From NCBI GenBank assembly GCA_903869825.1, contig CAIQAL010000031.1, positions 1-54,620 of the forward strand: a stretch of DNA of 54,620 nt, read 5' to 3'. Positions 1 through 10,741 of this stretch are shown here, piece after piece; within the stretch, counting starts at the first letter, position 1; each line of letters starts with the position of its first letter. The position numbers were made by a program, and so were the translations under genes. Origin of the DNA: an uncultured bacterium (GTDB taxonomy: Bacteria; Patescibacteriota; Minisyncoccia; Phycocordibacterales; UBA9973). Below the pieces are notes generated by a model that was not told where the DNA came from, made no database searches, and saw only the letters and a program-made list of their open reading frames with translations.

Positions 1-244
1 ATATATCAAACGATTTACAAATACAATCACACCAGAATCCATTCCGCTTTAAAAATGTCGCCAGTACAATTTGCACTTTTGGCGCCTAAAAGATATGATT
101 TAGCTAACAAGGTTGACGTGCAATGAAAGGGGTACAGTACATACTATAAAAAGTATTATTCCAAACATATATTTAATTTTCTAAAAATTGTTATTATAAC
201 ATCACCAAAAAGGTTCAAATATATTTCAAGTGTATTACGCTAAA

Positions 245-580
245 CTATTTTTTTGTTGCTTCACTTGAGATAACTTTCCAATGTTTTTTAATGTCTTTGA
301 TTGCTTCTTTTAATTCATCTATATCAATATCTTTAGCCTTCTCATATCTAGCTGCTACTGCGTCCACGATTTCATTATAAATAGACTCGGTCACTTCTTC
401 CAAATTCTCGAGCTTTTCAATAATTTCTGCTTTCATTTTAAGGGTCCAGCCACTGACAATTTTCTGGTTTTTTTTGCATTTGGACCAAACATTAAATATG
501 CAATTGCGGAAGCAGCTGCCACCCCCCAACCCCACGGCCACTCCTTTATTAAATCCTTTGTTTTTGTGATATATATGCAT
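245..580 (-). CDS. Small CPR-type hypothetical protein; N-terminal membrane helix appears scrambled by two compensating homopolymer frameshifts
   Basis: C-terminal GWTLKMKAEIIEKLE... helical domain; the alternative frame between a G6 and an A8 run reads GVAAASAIAYLMFGPNAKK. Confidence 0.6.
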   Translation of the reverse strand: MHIYHKNKGFNKGVAVGLGGGSCFRNCIFNVWSKCKKNQKIVSGWTLKMKAEIIEKLENLEEVTESIYNEIVDAVAARYEKAKDIDIDELKEAIKDIKKHWKVISSEATKK

Positions 581-606
581 AAATTTTTATATTAACACTA
601 TTAATA

Positions 607-852
607 CTACCTTCTACCAAAAATCTTTCTTACAATAAAATTTAAAAAAGTATTCCTCCTCACCGTCTGCAAAATTTCAGAAAAACTTTCCTCTGCATCC
701 AGAGCTGCTTCCTTTAAAATTATTGAAATATCGGAAAAGTTTCTCAGAATTTTGATCAAATAAAAACTAGCAATCATTAAGATTATTGTTAAAATAATGA
801 CAGCGATAGAACTGATAAAGAAAAAAACGTCGGATTTTAAAATCTCTGTCAT
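607..852 (-). CDS. Small membrane protein
   Basis: 81 aa with an N-terminal hydrophobic helix. Confidence 0.65.
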   Translation of the reverse strand: MTEILKSDVFFFISSIAVIILTIILMIASFYLIKILRNFSDISIILKEAALDAEESFSEILQTVRRNTFLNFIVRKIFGRR

Positions 853-918
853 ATAAGTGTTAATATTTACTATTAAATGTCATAATTATTTATCTAAAGG
901 CAAAACCGTTTTACGATT

Positions 919-1203
919 TTAAGCAAATTCCATTCCGTCAAAATTTTCCATTGCTAAAGATTCTTCAATGCACATACTACATCTCGTGAATTTGACCGGT
1001 ACTTGCTCCTCGCGGTTTTCGTATTCCAAATACGACGGCTTTTCAAAGTGCCACGCGTTGTCATATTTAAAGGAATAACATTTTACACAGATCTCAAGGA
1101 GTTCTCCATCTTTTTTTTCTTTTTTTCCTCCTTGCTCTTTCTCCCACGAGAACCTTTTATTCAATTTGACATTTTTAATTGATTTTATTGTTTTATTAAG
1201 CAT
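919..1203 (-). CDS. Small putative Zn-binding protein
   Basis: Two CxxC motifs (CVKC, CSMC). Confidence 0.55.
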   Translation of the reverse strand: MLNKTIKSIKNVKLNKRFSWEKEQGGKKEKKDGELLEICVKCYSFKYDNAWHFEKPSYLEYENREEQVPVKFTRCSMCIEESLAMENFDGMEFA

Positions 1204-1342
1204 AGTTTTATTTTGGTTATTAATACCCGACCTTTATTTAACCTTAATTTAATAATACTTTTGTAAAAAATAAAGTCAACACTTAAAAATGGACTTTTTG
1301 TGGATAAAGTGTTAATAAAATTTAATATAAATTTAACTATTA

Positions 1343-2845
1343 TTAAATTTCTCCTAATGGTAGGGAAATCCTAAAAGTAGTCCCTTTGGGAGAAGACTCC
1401 AAAACTTTTATTTCTCCACCATGTGCTTCTGACACCCATTTTGAAATAGACAACCCTAGCCCGGAGCCTTTGTGTTTGTTTGATTTTGCTTCTTTTGTTC
1501 GGTAGAAGCGATCAAAAATAAACGTGATTTCTTCTTGTTTGATTCCGATTCCGTTATCAGCCACGTCAATATGAAAAAATCTATTTTCTAATATCGAAGA
1601 GATAGTTACCTTTCCTTTCTCTCTTCCATAGGTAATGGCATTTTTAATAATATTCAAAAAAAGTTTCTCCAAATATACTTTGTCGCCGCAAAAAGAAAAG
1701 TCCGGACTTTTTTTGAAATTAATAGAAATATTTTTTTTCGAAGCCAGGATCTCGCACCTTTTCACTATCTTTTCTAAGAAGAGATTCAAATTTATTTTTT
1801 CAAGATTTATCTTTCCGTATGCTTCATTCCCTTTTGAAGCAAGCAAGGTCAAGTCCGAAAGAAGCTCGGTTAAATGTTCAATTTCTCCATTTATTGCATT
1901 GATTTTCTCGTTTTGACCCGAGCTACTTAGACCAGACCTTGCCAGAAGGTCAATATTTCCCCGAATAATTGCAAGCGGGGTACGAAGCTCATGAGTGGCA
2001 TCGGCAATGAATTCGGTTTTCAGAGTTTCTTGTTCAGCTTTTTTTTGTTCAGTAATATCCTGCACAATCCCCAACATACTTTGCAGCGCCCCAGCTTTAT
2101 TAATATGATGACGTCCAGTTGCCCAAATCCAGCGAATCTCGCCGTCTACCCGTCTGATGCGACATTCAAAACTCCAATCACTTTTATTATTTATTGCATA
2201 ATTGAATCTTGAACTAACCTCTTCCCGATCTTCTTGCAGAACGTGGTCAAGAAACATTTCATAAGTCCACTCTGGTAAGAGTTTAGGATACCCAAAAATG
2301 CGATCATGTTCTAAAGATCTGAAAGCCGTATGGTCCAACAAATTTAAATCCCATACTCCGGTGTGGCTCGTATTCATTGCAAAATTCAAACGCTCTTCGC
2401 TTTCACGTAATTTTTCTTCAGCCAATCTTCGAGAAGTTATATCTTGTTTAATAGCAATAAAATGAGTTACCTTACCCTCATCCTCCACAACAGGAGAAAT
2501 GGTCATTTCTTCGATATACAATTTGCCATCTTTCCTCTTGTTTACTATTTCTCCATACCACACTTTTCCGGCAGAAATTGTGGACCATAAATTTTTATAG
2601 ACATCATCACTCTGCTCCCATGATTTTAAAATTTTTGGGTTCTTTCCTATAGCTTCCAGAAAAGTGTATCCGGTAAGTTCAGTAAATGCACCATTAACCC
2701 ATTCAATTTCGCCTTTCTTATTGGTTATTACTACACCATTGGCGGTTGCCTCAAGCGCAGCGTAAAAAATACTTTCAGGAATAATACTGCCAATATTTTT
2801 ACTTAAATTTTTTGTTTTTTTAACTATGCTACTTTCTTTTTTCAT
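1343..2845 (-). CDS. Cytoplasmic PAS-PAS sensor histidine kinase
   Basis: Two PAS/PAC domains, H-box ATHELRTPL, N box NAITY, DNGIGI and GSGLGL boxes; no TM helix. Confidence 0.95.
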   Translation of the reverse strand: MKKESSIVKKTKNLSKNIGSIIPESIFYAALEATANGVVITNKKGEIEWVNGAFTELTGYTFLEAIGKNPKILKSWEQSDDVYKNLWSTISAGKVWYGEIVNKRKDGKLYIEEMTISPVVEDEGKVTHFIAIKQDITSRRLAEEKLRESEERLNFAMNTSHTGVWDLNLLDHTAFRSLEHDRIFGYPKLLPEWTYEMFLDHVLQEDREEVSSRFNYAINNKSDWSFECRIRRVDGEIRWIWATGRHHINKAGALQSMLGIVQDITEQKKAEQETLKTEFIADATHELRTPLAIIRGNIDLLARSGLSSSGQNEKINAINGEIEHLTELLSDLTLLASKGNEAYGKINLEKINLNLFLEKIVKRCEILASKKNISINFKKSPDFSFCGDKVYLEKLFLNIIKNAITYGREKGKVTISSILENRFFHIDVADNGIGIKQEEITFIFDRFYRTKEAKSNKHKGSGLGLSISKWVSEAHGGEIKVLESSPKGTTFRISLPLGEI

Positions 2846-2857
2846 AGCATTAAAAGT

Positions 2858-3526
2858 TTATTCTTTCAATAGATATCCTACTCCCCGCACTGTGTGAATT
2901 AGTGGTTGAGCTCTCTCTCCGTCAATTTTTCGGCGCAAATACGCCACGTGGACATTTAGTTCATTATTTGATTCTTTAAATCCAGGACCCCAGACTTCAT
3001 CAATCAGTCTCCTTTTTGTTATTGCTTGCCCTTTATTCGTCATTAAAGTGTCCAGGATTCTGTATTCCTTTGGAGTAAGAGGAACCGATACTCCTGCTCT
3101 GGTAACCTCATGTTTATTTTTATCCATAATAATGTCAGCAATTTTCCAGATATCTGAATCCGCTGTCTTTCTGCGTCGTAACACTGCTCGGATTCGGGCA
3201 AACAATTCTTCCAATCCAAACGGCTTCATTATGTAATCGTCCGCTCCAGCATTTAATCCTGTTACTCGGTCTTCAACCCTTTCGCGGGCAGTAAGCATTA
3301 TGATAGGGGTCTGAATCTGATGATCTCTAAGTTCCTTGCAGACTGCAAAACCGTCTTTTTTTGGAAGCATAATATCAAGAATTATTAAAGAATATTCGTT
3401 ACTTAAGGCCTTTTTTAATCCTTGTTCGCCATCTAAAGCAGTATCTACAGCATATCTTTCCTCTTTTAGTCCAGCTTCCAATATTTTCACTAGTTTTTCT
3501 TCATCTTCAATAATTAATATTGTCAT
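2858..3526 (-). CDS. OmpR/PhoB-family response regulator
   Basis: MTILIIEDE..LDIMLP..KPF..HTVRGVGY; start moved to the ATG at 3526. Confidence 0.95.
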   Translation of the reverse strand: MTILIIEDEEKLVKILEAGLKEERYAVDTALDGEQGLKKALSNEYSLIILDIMLPKKDGFAVCKELRDHQIQTPIIMLTARERVEDRVTGLNAGADDYIMKPFGLEELFARIRAVLRRRKTADSDIWKIADIIMDKNKHEVTRAGVSVPLTPKEYRILDTLMTNKGQAITKRRLIDEVWGPGFKESNNELNVHVAYLRRKIDGERAQPLIHTVRGVGYLLKE

Positions 3527-3712
3527 ATAGACATTTATATCATATTCAAAAACACTATGCAATAGTCAAATGTTAAGTTTTAATTAAAGTTATCCACAGT
3601 ATTAACACATTTTTCCTCTTTTATACGTTGACTTTTGAAATATAAGAGAGCTATAATGTTAAAACTATATTAAATGATATGTGAAATATTATTAATTTAA
3701 CATTAATATTAT

Positions 3713-3859
3713 ATGAGAACAAATTCACAAACACAAAAAAAACTAGCGGAACATTTTTACAAATTTTTGGTTATCGGCCCTGAGATAAAATACAAGATTG
3801 AAAAACTTAAAAAAGAAAAAAGAATCACTTGGGCTTTGGGGAATCCTCCAGATCCCTGA
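3713..3859 (+). CDS. Small hypothetical protein (48 aa), not in the ORF track
   Basis: ATG 3713 to TGA 3859 (MRTNSQTQKKLAEHFYKF...GNPPDP); TTGACT-18-TATAAT at 3628-3657 upstream. Confidence 0.4.
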   Translation: MRTNSQTQKKLAEHFYKFLVIGPEIKYKIEKLKKEKRITWALGNPPDP

Positions 3860-3943
3860 GGGGTATATTAAATAAAAACAAAAAGATTCAACTGTTTTAG
3901 CTCCAAAAAAAACAAACACAAATATATAACCGATTTATGAACT

Positions 3944-3972
3944 AAAAATGACGAATGCTGTTCGTCATTTTT
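3944..3972. terminator. Hairpin terminator after the ABC ATPase
   Basis: aaaaatgacgaa-tgctg-ttcgtcattttt. Confidence 0.65.
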
Positions 3973-4645
3973 AGTTTTTATTGATTGAAATTATTTTTCC
4001 GTCATCGAGATGAATTGTCCTCTCGGCAATCTTACTGTATTCCGGTTCGTGGGTTACCATTATTATGGTTTGACCTTCTTTGTGTAATTGTTTAAAAATT
4101 TCCATTACAATCCGAGAAGATTCATTGTCCAAGTTCGCAGTAGGTTCGTCGGCAAATAATATTTTTGGGCGGTGTGCAATCGCTCGGGCGATACTAACTC
4201 TTTGTTGTTCCCCCCCTGAGAGTTTGCTTGGTAAATTATTCAATCTTTTTTCTAAACCAACCAAAGTTAATGCCTCTGTTGCCTTTTTTCTTGCAATTTG
4301 TTCTGGCACATCTTGCATTAAAAGTGGCAAGGAAACATTTTCAAGTGCAGTAAGTTCTGGCAATAATGCATAATCTTGAAAAACATATCCTAGCTCGAAA
4401 AGACGGAACAAAGTTTTTTCTTCCACACTAAGAGAAGAAGCATCCTTCCCATCAATAACCACATCGCCAGAAGTTGGTTCATCAAGCAAGCTCATCTGAT
4501 AAAGCAAGGTACTTTTTCCGGCGCCACTACGTCCCATTATCGCGATGAATTCCCCACTCTCCGCTCGAAAATCAATTCCTTTCAGAACTTTCGTTTCGCT
4601 ATCCCCATCTTTAAATGATTTAGTTAAATTTTTTATTTCAATCAT
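3971..4645 (-). CDS. ABC transporter ATP-binding protein (LolD/MacB type)
   Basis: GRSGAGKS, LSGGEQQRV, ADEPTANLD, VTHE. Confidence 0.95.
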   Translation of the reverse strand: MIEIKNLTKSFKDGDSETKVLKGIDFRAESGEFIAIMGRSGAGKSTLLYQMSLLDEPTSGDVVIDGKDASSLSVEEKTLFRLFELGYVFQDYALLPELTALENVSLPLLMQDVPEQIARKKATEALTLVGLEKRLNNLPSKLSGGEQQRVSIARAIAHRPKILFADEPTANLDNESSRIVMEIFKQLHKEGQTIIMVTHEPEYSKIAERTIHLDDGKIISINKN

Positions 4646-4649
4646 AAAT

Positions 4650-5906
4650 TTAATTTCTTCCTAAAATTGAATCCAAGGTATTTTTTCGAACGACCAAACG
4701 AGCTGGAATAAATCCCGCAACGATAGTAGTAATCATCAGAAGCCCAATACGCAACAAAGTACTCCCAAGTGGAGCAACCAAAATCCCATCACTAAAAGGA
4801 AAATCAATGGGATGAGCTGCCATTGCAGGCTGAAGTACTAGATATAGGACCAAAAGCCCGATGATCGAACCACACAATGCATAAAAGAAAGATTGCAGAA
4901 TATAAGATACTTCAATTGCTTGTTCACTTATCCCAATCCCTTTTAGGATACCTATGAACTTCCGCCGCGTAATGGCATTAATGAATATAACAATAAAAAT
5001 TGTAATTGAAGCAACTACCAATCCAATCGATGAAAGTAAATTCCCGAGTAAGGCAAATGTATCAATCATATCTTTAATAAACTTTGGTTCTGCGTCGGTG
5101 AATGTTTGAACTTTTGCAACCTTATCTACCCCATTCTTTTTTAAAATATCACGGACCAAATCGGGATTACTTCCCGGTTTTAATTTTATTGAAATTTCCG
5201 AAACATTATAATCACTCCGCCCAATCATACTCCGCAATTGTGAATCAACAAAGTATACTCGCATTGAAAGCTCGTCCACTTTTGCTTTAATAATTCCCTT
5301 GATGATTACCTCGTGAGTTATCCCATTTACATTTACCCTTATTTTTGTTCCAGGAGCAACATTGGTAAGAGTCGAAAATCCTGGAGAGTCAACCGCCAAA
5401 TATTTTTTATCCAAATAAGCTCCCAGTAAGACCTGATCGTAATCATCCGGTTTTAAATACGAACCCTCAACAATGAATTTAGAAAGGTTGGTAACCGAAT
5501 CTTCGGCTATTGGGTCAATGCCTGTTATGGTAGCGGCAGCGATATCGGACTTATCTGTTTCCTTAATTTTAGTTTTGTAATTTGCTTCGACCGTTCCACC
5601 TTTAAGATATCTAGCAGTAACAGCCTGAACTTCCGGCAATGATTTAATAAGAGAAACTACGCTTGGACTGTTTTCAATATATGTTTTATCACTCAAGTTT
5701 GAAATTATCACATCACTTGTATAATGAGCTCGAACCGCATCCACTGCCCCCTGAATTAGCCCAACCAATACCCCACTTACTACCACCAAATTCAAAAAGG
5801 TAAAAAACATCACAAAAATTATGAGGGTAGTTGTCCAAGGATTTGATCTCTTTATTTGACGTTTGGCTAGAAAAAAGCCAATCCGAATATTTAAGGATGA
5901 AAACAT
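4650..5906 (-). CDS. ABC transporter permease (FtsX/MacB/LolE family)
   Basis: One N-terminal TM, large extracellular domain, three C-terminal TMs with IGILKGIG. Confidence 0.9.
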   Translation of the reverse strand: MFSSLNIRIGFFLAKRQIKRSNPWTTTLIIFVMFFTFLNLVVVSGVLVGLIQGAVDAVRAHYTSDVIISNLSDKTYIENSPSVVSLIKSLPEVQAVTARYLKGGTVEANYKTKIKETDKSDIAAATITGIDPIAEDSVTNLSKFIVEGSYLKPDDYDQVLLGAYLDKKYLAVDSPGFSTLTNVAPGTKIRVNVNGITHEVIIKGIIKAKVDELSMRVYFVDSQLRSMIGRSDYNVSEISIKLKPGSNPDLVRDILKKNGVDKVAKVQTFTDAEPKFIKDMIDTFALLGNLLSSIGLVVASITIFIVIFINAITRRKFIGILKGIGISEQAIEVSYILQSFFYALCGSIIGLLVLYLVLQPAMAAHPIDFPFSDGILVAPLGSTLLRIGLLMITTIVAGFIPARLVVRKNTLDSILGRN

Positions 5907-5912
5907 ATTATT

Positions 5913-7418
5913 TTACACAGGATTAAGAACAACTATTTCTCCCCCCTTTAGTCCAGAAACAACTTCTACTTGCCCCAAAGAGGAGACACTCCCAGTAATT
6001 ATCTCAACATCTGTATTTTTTTCACCATTTTTAATTTTAACAAATTTTTTACCGTTTTTTTTAAAAATTACTCCTTCTGGAATTACTATCGCATTCGGCT
6101 TATTAAAGGTCGTAATCGATGCATTTGCAGTCATCCCGGATTTTACCCGAGGATCATTTTCATCAAACTGCAGTTTTGTTTTGTAGGTAGAAACTCCATC
6201 TCGAATTGTTTCGGCTGGATCAATTGAAACAACTTTCGCGAGAAATATTACGTCAGACCCATAAGCATCCAGGGTAACATTCGCTTGGTTTCCGATTGAA
6301 ACAGAAGCAATATTCACTTCCGGAACATAACTTTCGATTTGGAAAGAGCCAATAGACATCATTGCTATTTCCGAAACATTTGGGGTGGCTACTTCCCCGA
6401 CCTTCGCGTCCATTTTGGTAATTTGACCGTCAAAAGGAGCTACCACAAATCGATCGTCGTATGATCCCTGAGCCGACAAAAGCGAACCATTTGCTGCTGC
6501 GATATCTTCCGGACGAGCACTAGCCTGTTTCGAGACAAAAGCAGCTTTTGCTTGTTCTAACACCGCTTCAGAATTTGCAATCATCTGAGTTCTAGTAGAG
6601 AGAGCTGCTTGATAAGCATTCAAATTTTGAAGATATTGTGAGGACTGGGTATTGGGAATATTTACAATCCATTCGGTATCATTTAATGCCCCAGGATATT
6701 TAATATAAAGACCGGTCGTGCCAATTGCTTGCGGAGTGATTGTGCTAACCATCCCCGTCGCTACAATTAATCCACTCACCCGAAAAGACATTCCCCCCGA
6801 AGAAGGATACTCGGTGATTTTCATCTGTCCCTCTTTCTCTAAAAGATAAGTACCAGAAATTATTGGAGCTCCGTCTAAGCTTGTTTGGGTTCCACTGGTA
6901 ACTGCCAAGAAGCCAGAATTAAGAAGACTTTTTTTTGCATTTGCCACCGTTTGATCTTGTGCCAGTTTTGTTTGATCTAAAGAGACCTGTGCAGTTTCAA
7001 CAGCCGCCTTAGCCACGTTGATATCGGCACTGGTTTCCCCATTAACTATTTTTTCATAATTTGATTTTGCAATTAAAAGCGTGCCTCTCTGGTCAGCTGA
7101 ATCAAGAGCCGCGATTGTTTGTCCTTTTTTGACCAAATCTCCCACTTTAAAGTAAATATGATCAACTAGCCCACCACTTTTAAAACCCAAATCAACGCCT
7201 TCTGCCGGGACAACTTTCCCAGATATTGAAACCTGATTTTTAAAATCACCAACACTTACCATTATAGTTTCTTCTTTTTTATTATTGCTTTTGAATATTA
7301 ATACGAGAACAATCACCGCCAAAATAGCACCAAAAACTACGATAACTTTTTTCTTATTAGAAAAAGACATAAATTTCTTCATATTCTTAAATATTAACAT
7401 ATTAAAATGATTAAACAA
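5913..7418 (-). CDS. Efflux membrane-fusion/adaptor protein (HlyD/MacA-like)
   Basis: N-terminal TM, lipoyl halves (VGDLVKKGQ, APFDG), coiled coil, beta barrel; exact start uncertain. Confidence 0.9.
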   Translation of the reverse strand: MFNHFNMLIFKNMKKFMSFSNKKKVIVVFGAILAVIVLVLIFKSNNKKEETIMVSVGDFKNQVSISGKVVPAEGVDLGFKSGGLVDHIYFKVGDLVKKGQTIAALDSADQRGTLLIAKSNYEKIVNGETSADINVAKAAVETAQVSLDQTKLAQDQTVANAKKSLLNSGFLAVTSGTQTSLDGAPIISGTYLLEKEGQMKITEYPSSGGMSFRVSGLIVATGMVSTITPQAIGTTGLYIKYPGALNDTEWIVNIPNTQSSQYLQNLNAYQAALSTRTQMIANSEAVLEQAKAAFVSKQASARPEDIAAANGSLLSAQGSYDDRFVVAPFDGQITKMDAKVGEVATPNVSEIAMMSIGSFQIESYVPEVNIASVSIGNQANVTLDAYGSDVIFLAKVVSIDPAETIRDGVSTYKTKLQFDENDPRVKSGMTANASITTFNKPNAIVIPEGVIFKKNGKKFVKIKNGEKNTDVEIITGSVSSLGQVEVVSGLKGGEIVVLNPV

Positions 7419-7421
7419 AAA

Positions 7422-7637
7422 CTATATTAGTTTTTTGAGTTCAGCTTCATATTTTTGCATTACTTCCATCGAAGCGGCTTGTTGTTCCGTTCCACCCTTA
7501 ATTTTCGCTTGAATTTCTTCCGCAATTTTTTTAAAAAGTTCCGGATTTTTCTCCATCATCGTAATAACCATATCTATCTGTGACTCAGGTATCCCTTGGG
7601 TACGCAGCATTTTCTTTAATAAAAAATTTTTAAACAT
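7422..7637 (-). CDS. Small Met-rich helical hypothetical protein
   Basis: 71 aa, first gene of the exporter operon. Confidence 0.7.
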   Translation of the reverse strand: MFKNFLLKKMLRTQGIPESQIDMVITMMEKNPELFKKIAEEIQAKIKGGTEQQAASMEVMQKYEAELKKLI

Positions 7638-7880
7638 ATTTATTCGTCGATAATATTAAAGTCGTCATAAACTTTACTAATAATTTTTCTGTGACGGATA
7701 TAATATACCATAATGAGTGAAGTAAGCAATAAACCTATGAAGCGATTTGTATTTCATTTATTACTACACTGGCTCTGACAAAATATACTCCGAAAAAAAA
7801 AGCTAAAAATCACTAAAACCAAAATTATTTTTTATTCATAACTTTGTTTTTAATATTTTATATTATGCTACAATAATATC

Positions 7881-8900
7881 ATGGAAAATATTGGGAAGAA
7901 AATAGATTTCTTAGCAATTGGGGATATCGTGACAGATGCATTTATCAAGTTAAAAGACGCCCACGTCCACTGTAATATTGACAAAGAGGGCTGTGAATTA
8001 TGCCTTCGTTTTGGAGATAAAGTTCCTTATGAATCAGTAACAGTCATTCCAGCTTCTGGGAATAGTGGCAACGTTTCAATATGTGCTTCCCGCTTGGGAC
8101 TTTCTACTGCCCTTATGACCAATATCGGTGACGATCAATATGGAAAAGATTGTTTGGAGGTATTTAAAAAAGAAAAGATTGATCAAACTTTTGTAAAAAT
8201 TGAAACTGGCAAACCTTCCAGTTACAATTATGTCCTTTGGTACGATATTGACCGCACCATCTTGGTGAATCATCAAAATTACGAACGCTCTTGGACCAAG
8301 ACCAAAGAATCGGAAGAATATAAGGCTCCTGCTTGGATTTATTTAACTTCCTTGGGCGAAAATTCAACTCGATTTCATGATGAAATTGTTGATTACTTAA
8401 AGAGACATATAAATGTAAAACTCGCTTTCCAGCCAGGTACTTTTCAAATTAAATTGGGAAGTGATATCCTAAAAGAAATTTATGCCCGGACAGAAATATT
8501 TTTTTCGAATTTAGAAGAAGCCAAAAAAATTCTCAATACGGAAAAAAAAGATATTTTGAAACTATGCCAAGGTATTCATACATTAGGACCTAAGATAGTT
8601 TCCCTGAGTGACGGAGAAAATGGTGCCTATCTTTATTTAAACAATGAACTTTGGCATATCTCCGCATACAAAGATAATACCCCAGTACTAGAAAGCACCG
8701 GAGCCGGAGATGCCTTTTCCTCCACTATTGTTTGTGCCCTTGCATTGGGTAAAACTCCGCTTGAAGCTTTTGCCCTGGGACCCATCAACGCGAAATCGGT
8801 AGTGGGACAAATCGGTGCTCACTCCGGACTTTTATCACTCGAAAAATTGGAAGAGGGACTCAAAAATGCTCCGACAGACTACAAGCCGACAAAAATTTAG
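7881..8900 (+). CDS. PfkB-family carbohydrate kinase
   Basis: GNSGNVSICASRLG, ESTGAGDAF. Confidence 0.92.
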   Translation: MENIGKKIDFLAIGDIVTDAFIKLKDAHVHCNIDKEGCELCLRFGDKVPYESVTVIPASGNSGNVSICASRLGLSTALMTNIGDDQYGKDCLEVFKKEKIDQTFVKIETGKPSSYNYVLWYDIDRTILVNHQNYERSWTKTKESEEYKAPAWIYLTSLGENSTRFHDEIVDYLKRHINVKLAFQPGTFQIKLGSDILKEIYARTEIFFSNLEEAKKILNTEKKDILKLCQGIHTLGPKIVSLSDGENGAYLYLNNELWHISAYKDNTPVLESTGAGDAFSSTIVCALALGKTPLEAFALGPINAKSVVGQIGAHSGLLSLEKLEEGLKNAPTDYKPTKI

Positions 8901-9895
8901 TTTTTCCTTTTTAAAGCCTTTCGAACCGCTTCTTTAATAGAATTTTTTCCCATTCTATAATGTTCGATGAGTTCGTCCGGAGTACCTGATTGTCCGAATA
9001 AGTCTCTTACTCCGACAAATTCAATCGGCACCGGATAATTTTGCGCTAAAACCTCTGCTATTGCACCACCAAGCCCTCCGGCAATTTGGTGTTCTTCTAT
9101 AGTTACTATCGTTCTCGTTTCTTTGGCGAGTGTAATGATTGCTTCGGTATCAAGCGGCTTGATGGAAGCCAGGTTCATAACTTTTGTTTTTATTCCTTCT
9201 GCTTCAAGTTCTTTGGCTGCAACCAACGCTCGATGAGTTAATCCACCGGTAACGATAATCCCGACTTGCGCAAGTCCCACCTCCGGTATCCAGAAAATTT
9301 GTGCCGTACCAATAGAAAAAGGAGTTTCTTCGGTCGTAATAATCGGAGTTTTTTCTCGAGCTAAACGTAAATAAGCTGGCTCTTTTGTCTTTGCTATTTT
9401 GATAGTAGCTTTTTTCGCTTCGATTGCATCACATGGAGAAATAACATCCATATTAGGAATCATTCGCATCAGTCCGATATCCTCCAACGCTTGGTGAGTT
9501 CCTCCGTCCGGTCCAACCGAGATTCCAGCATGTGATCCAACCACCACAACCTTACGGTCGTTATACGAAATGGTAGTTCTGATTTGTTCCCAACTTCGTC
9601 CAGGTGAAAACATCGCATACGATGAACAAAAAGCAATCTTTCCCATAGCTGCCATTCCGCTTGCCACAGTAACCAGATTCTGTTCGGCTATTCCCATTTC
9701 GATAAACCTGTCTTTAAATTTTTCGGCGAACAAATGCATCTGAGTACTTTCAGTCAAGTCCGCACACAATGCCACAATGTTTTTATCTTCTTCCCCCGCT
9801 TTCAAAAGTCCTTGCCCGAAACCTTTTCTAATTGGCACTTGTTCCACATCAGGATTAAATATTTTCGGATTTAATTTTAAATTTGGATTTAACAT
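8897..9895 (-). CDS. Transketolase, C-terminal subunit
   Basis: MGIAEQN, GPDGGTHQALED, EEHQIAGGLG. Confidence 0.95.
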   Translation of the reverse strand: MLNPNLKLNPKIFNPDVEQVPIRKGFGQGLLKAGEEDKNIVALCADLTESTQMHLFAEKFKDRFIEMGIAEQNLVTVASGMAAMGKIAFCSSYAMFSPGRSWEQIRTTISYNDRKVVVVGSHAGISVGPDGGTHQALEDIGLMRMIPNMDVISPCDAIEAKKATIKIAKTKEPAYLRLAREKTPIITTEETPFSIGTAQIFWIPEVGLAQVGIIVTGGLTHRALVAAKELEAEGIKTKVMNLASIKPLDTEAIITLAKETRTIVTIEEHQIAGGLGGAIAEVLAQNYPVPIEFVGVRDLFGQSGTPDELIEHYRMGKNSIKEAVRKALKRKN

Positions 9896-9897
9896 AA

Positions 9898-10734
9898 TTA
9901 TATTTTATTTGCTCGTAGTTCTTTTAAAGCCAGTTCTCCTTCTTCTTTGGTTGGGGGTTTTCCATGCCAGTGATAATCCCCCTCCCACTCTTTTACTCCC
10001 TTTGAAGCAATTGTCTCAGCTAAAATTACAACGGGTTTGTCCAATACTTTCTTTGCTTCTTCAAATGCACTACCTAGTGCTACAAAATCGTGGCCCGAGA
10101 CCTGAATCACGTGCCAATTAAATGATTCCCATTTTTTTGCAAGTGGCTCAAGCGGCATGATGTTTTCAGTATTACCATCTATTTGAATATTATTTCTATC
10201 AATAATACCAATCAAATTGTTTAATTTGTTTTTCCCAGCCAACATCATCGCTTCCCAGATATTCCCTTCATCGAGTTCACCGTCACCCATAAAACAGTAA
10301 ATTTTTCTTTCTGAGCCATCGATTCGATCAGCCAAGGCCATCCCAACTCCTTGTGAAAGTCCTTCACCAAGCGGTCCGGAAGATGTTTCAAGAGATGGTA
10401 AAAACTCTCGATGAGGATGACCTTGAAGTCTTGAACCAAACTTGCGCAAAGTTTTTAATTCTTCTACCGGAAAATATCCTGCGTGAGCCATTGCCGAATA
10501 TAAAACCGGACAAATATGTCCGTTTGAAAGGATTACTCTATCTCGTTTTTCCCAAGTTGGATTTTTAGGATCGTGTTGTAAAACGTGAAAATACAAAAGA
10601 GTAAAAATATCCGCCATTCCAAGTGGTCCGGCAGTATGCCCACTCTTCGCTTCTACCAACATTTCAATTATAGATTGTCGAATTTCGTTTGCTTTTTGTT
10701 CTAACTCCTTGATTTTCTGTTGAGATAAATTCAT
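9898..10734 (-). CDS. Transketolase, N-terminal subunit
   Basis: SGHTAG, LSNGH, LQGHP, TPP motif GDGELDEG. Confidence 0.95.
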   Translation of the reverse strand: MNLSQQKIKELEQKANEIRQSIIEMLVEAKSGHTAGPLGMADIFTLLYFHVLQHDPKNPTWEKRDRVILSNGHICPVLYSAMAHAGYFPVEELKTLRKFGSRLQGHPHREFLPSLETSSGPLGEGLSQGVGMALADRIDGSERKIYCFMGDGELDEGNIWEAMMLAGKNKLNNLIGIIDRNNIQIDGNTENIMPLEPLAKKWESFNWHVIQVSGHDFVALGSAFEEAKKVLDKPVVILAETIASKGVKEWEGDYHWHGKPPTKEEGELALKELRANKI

Positions 10735-10741
10735 TTTTTTA

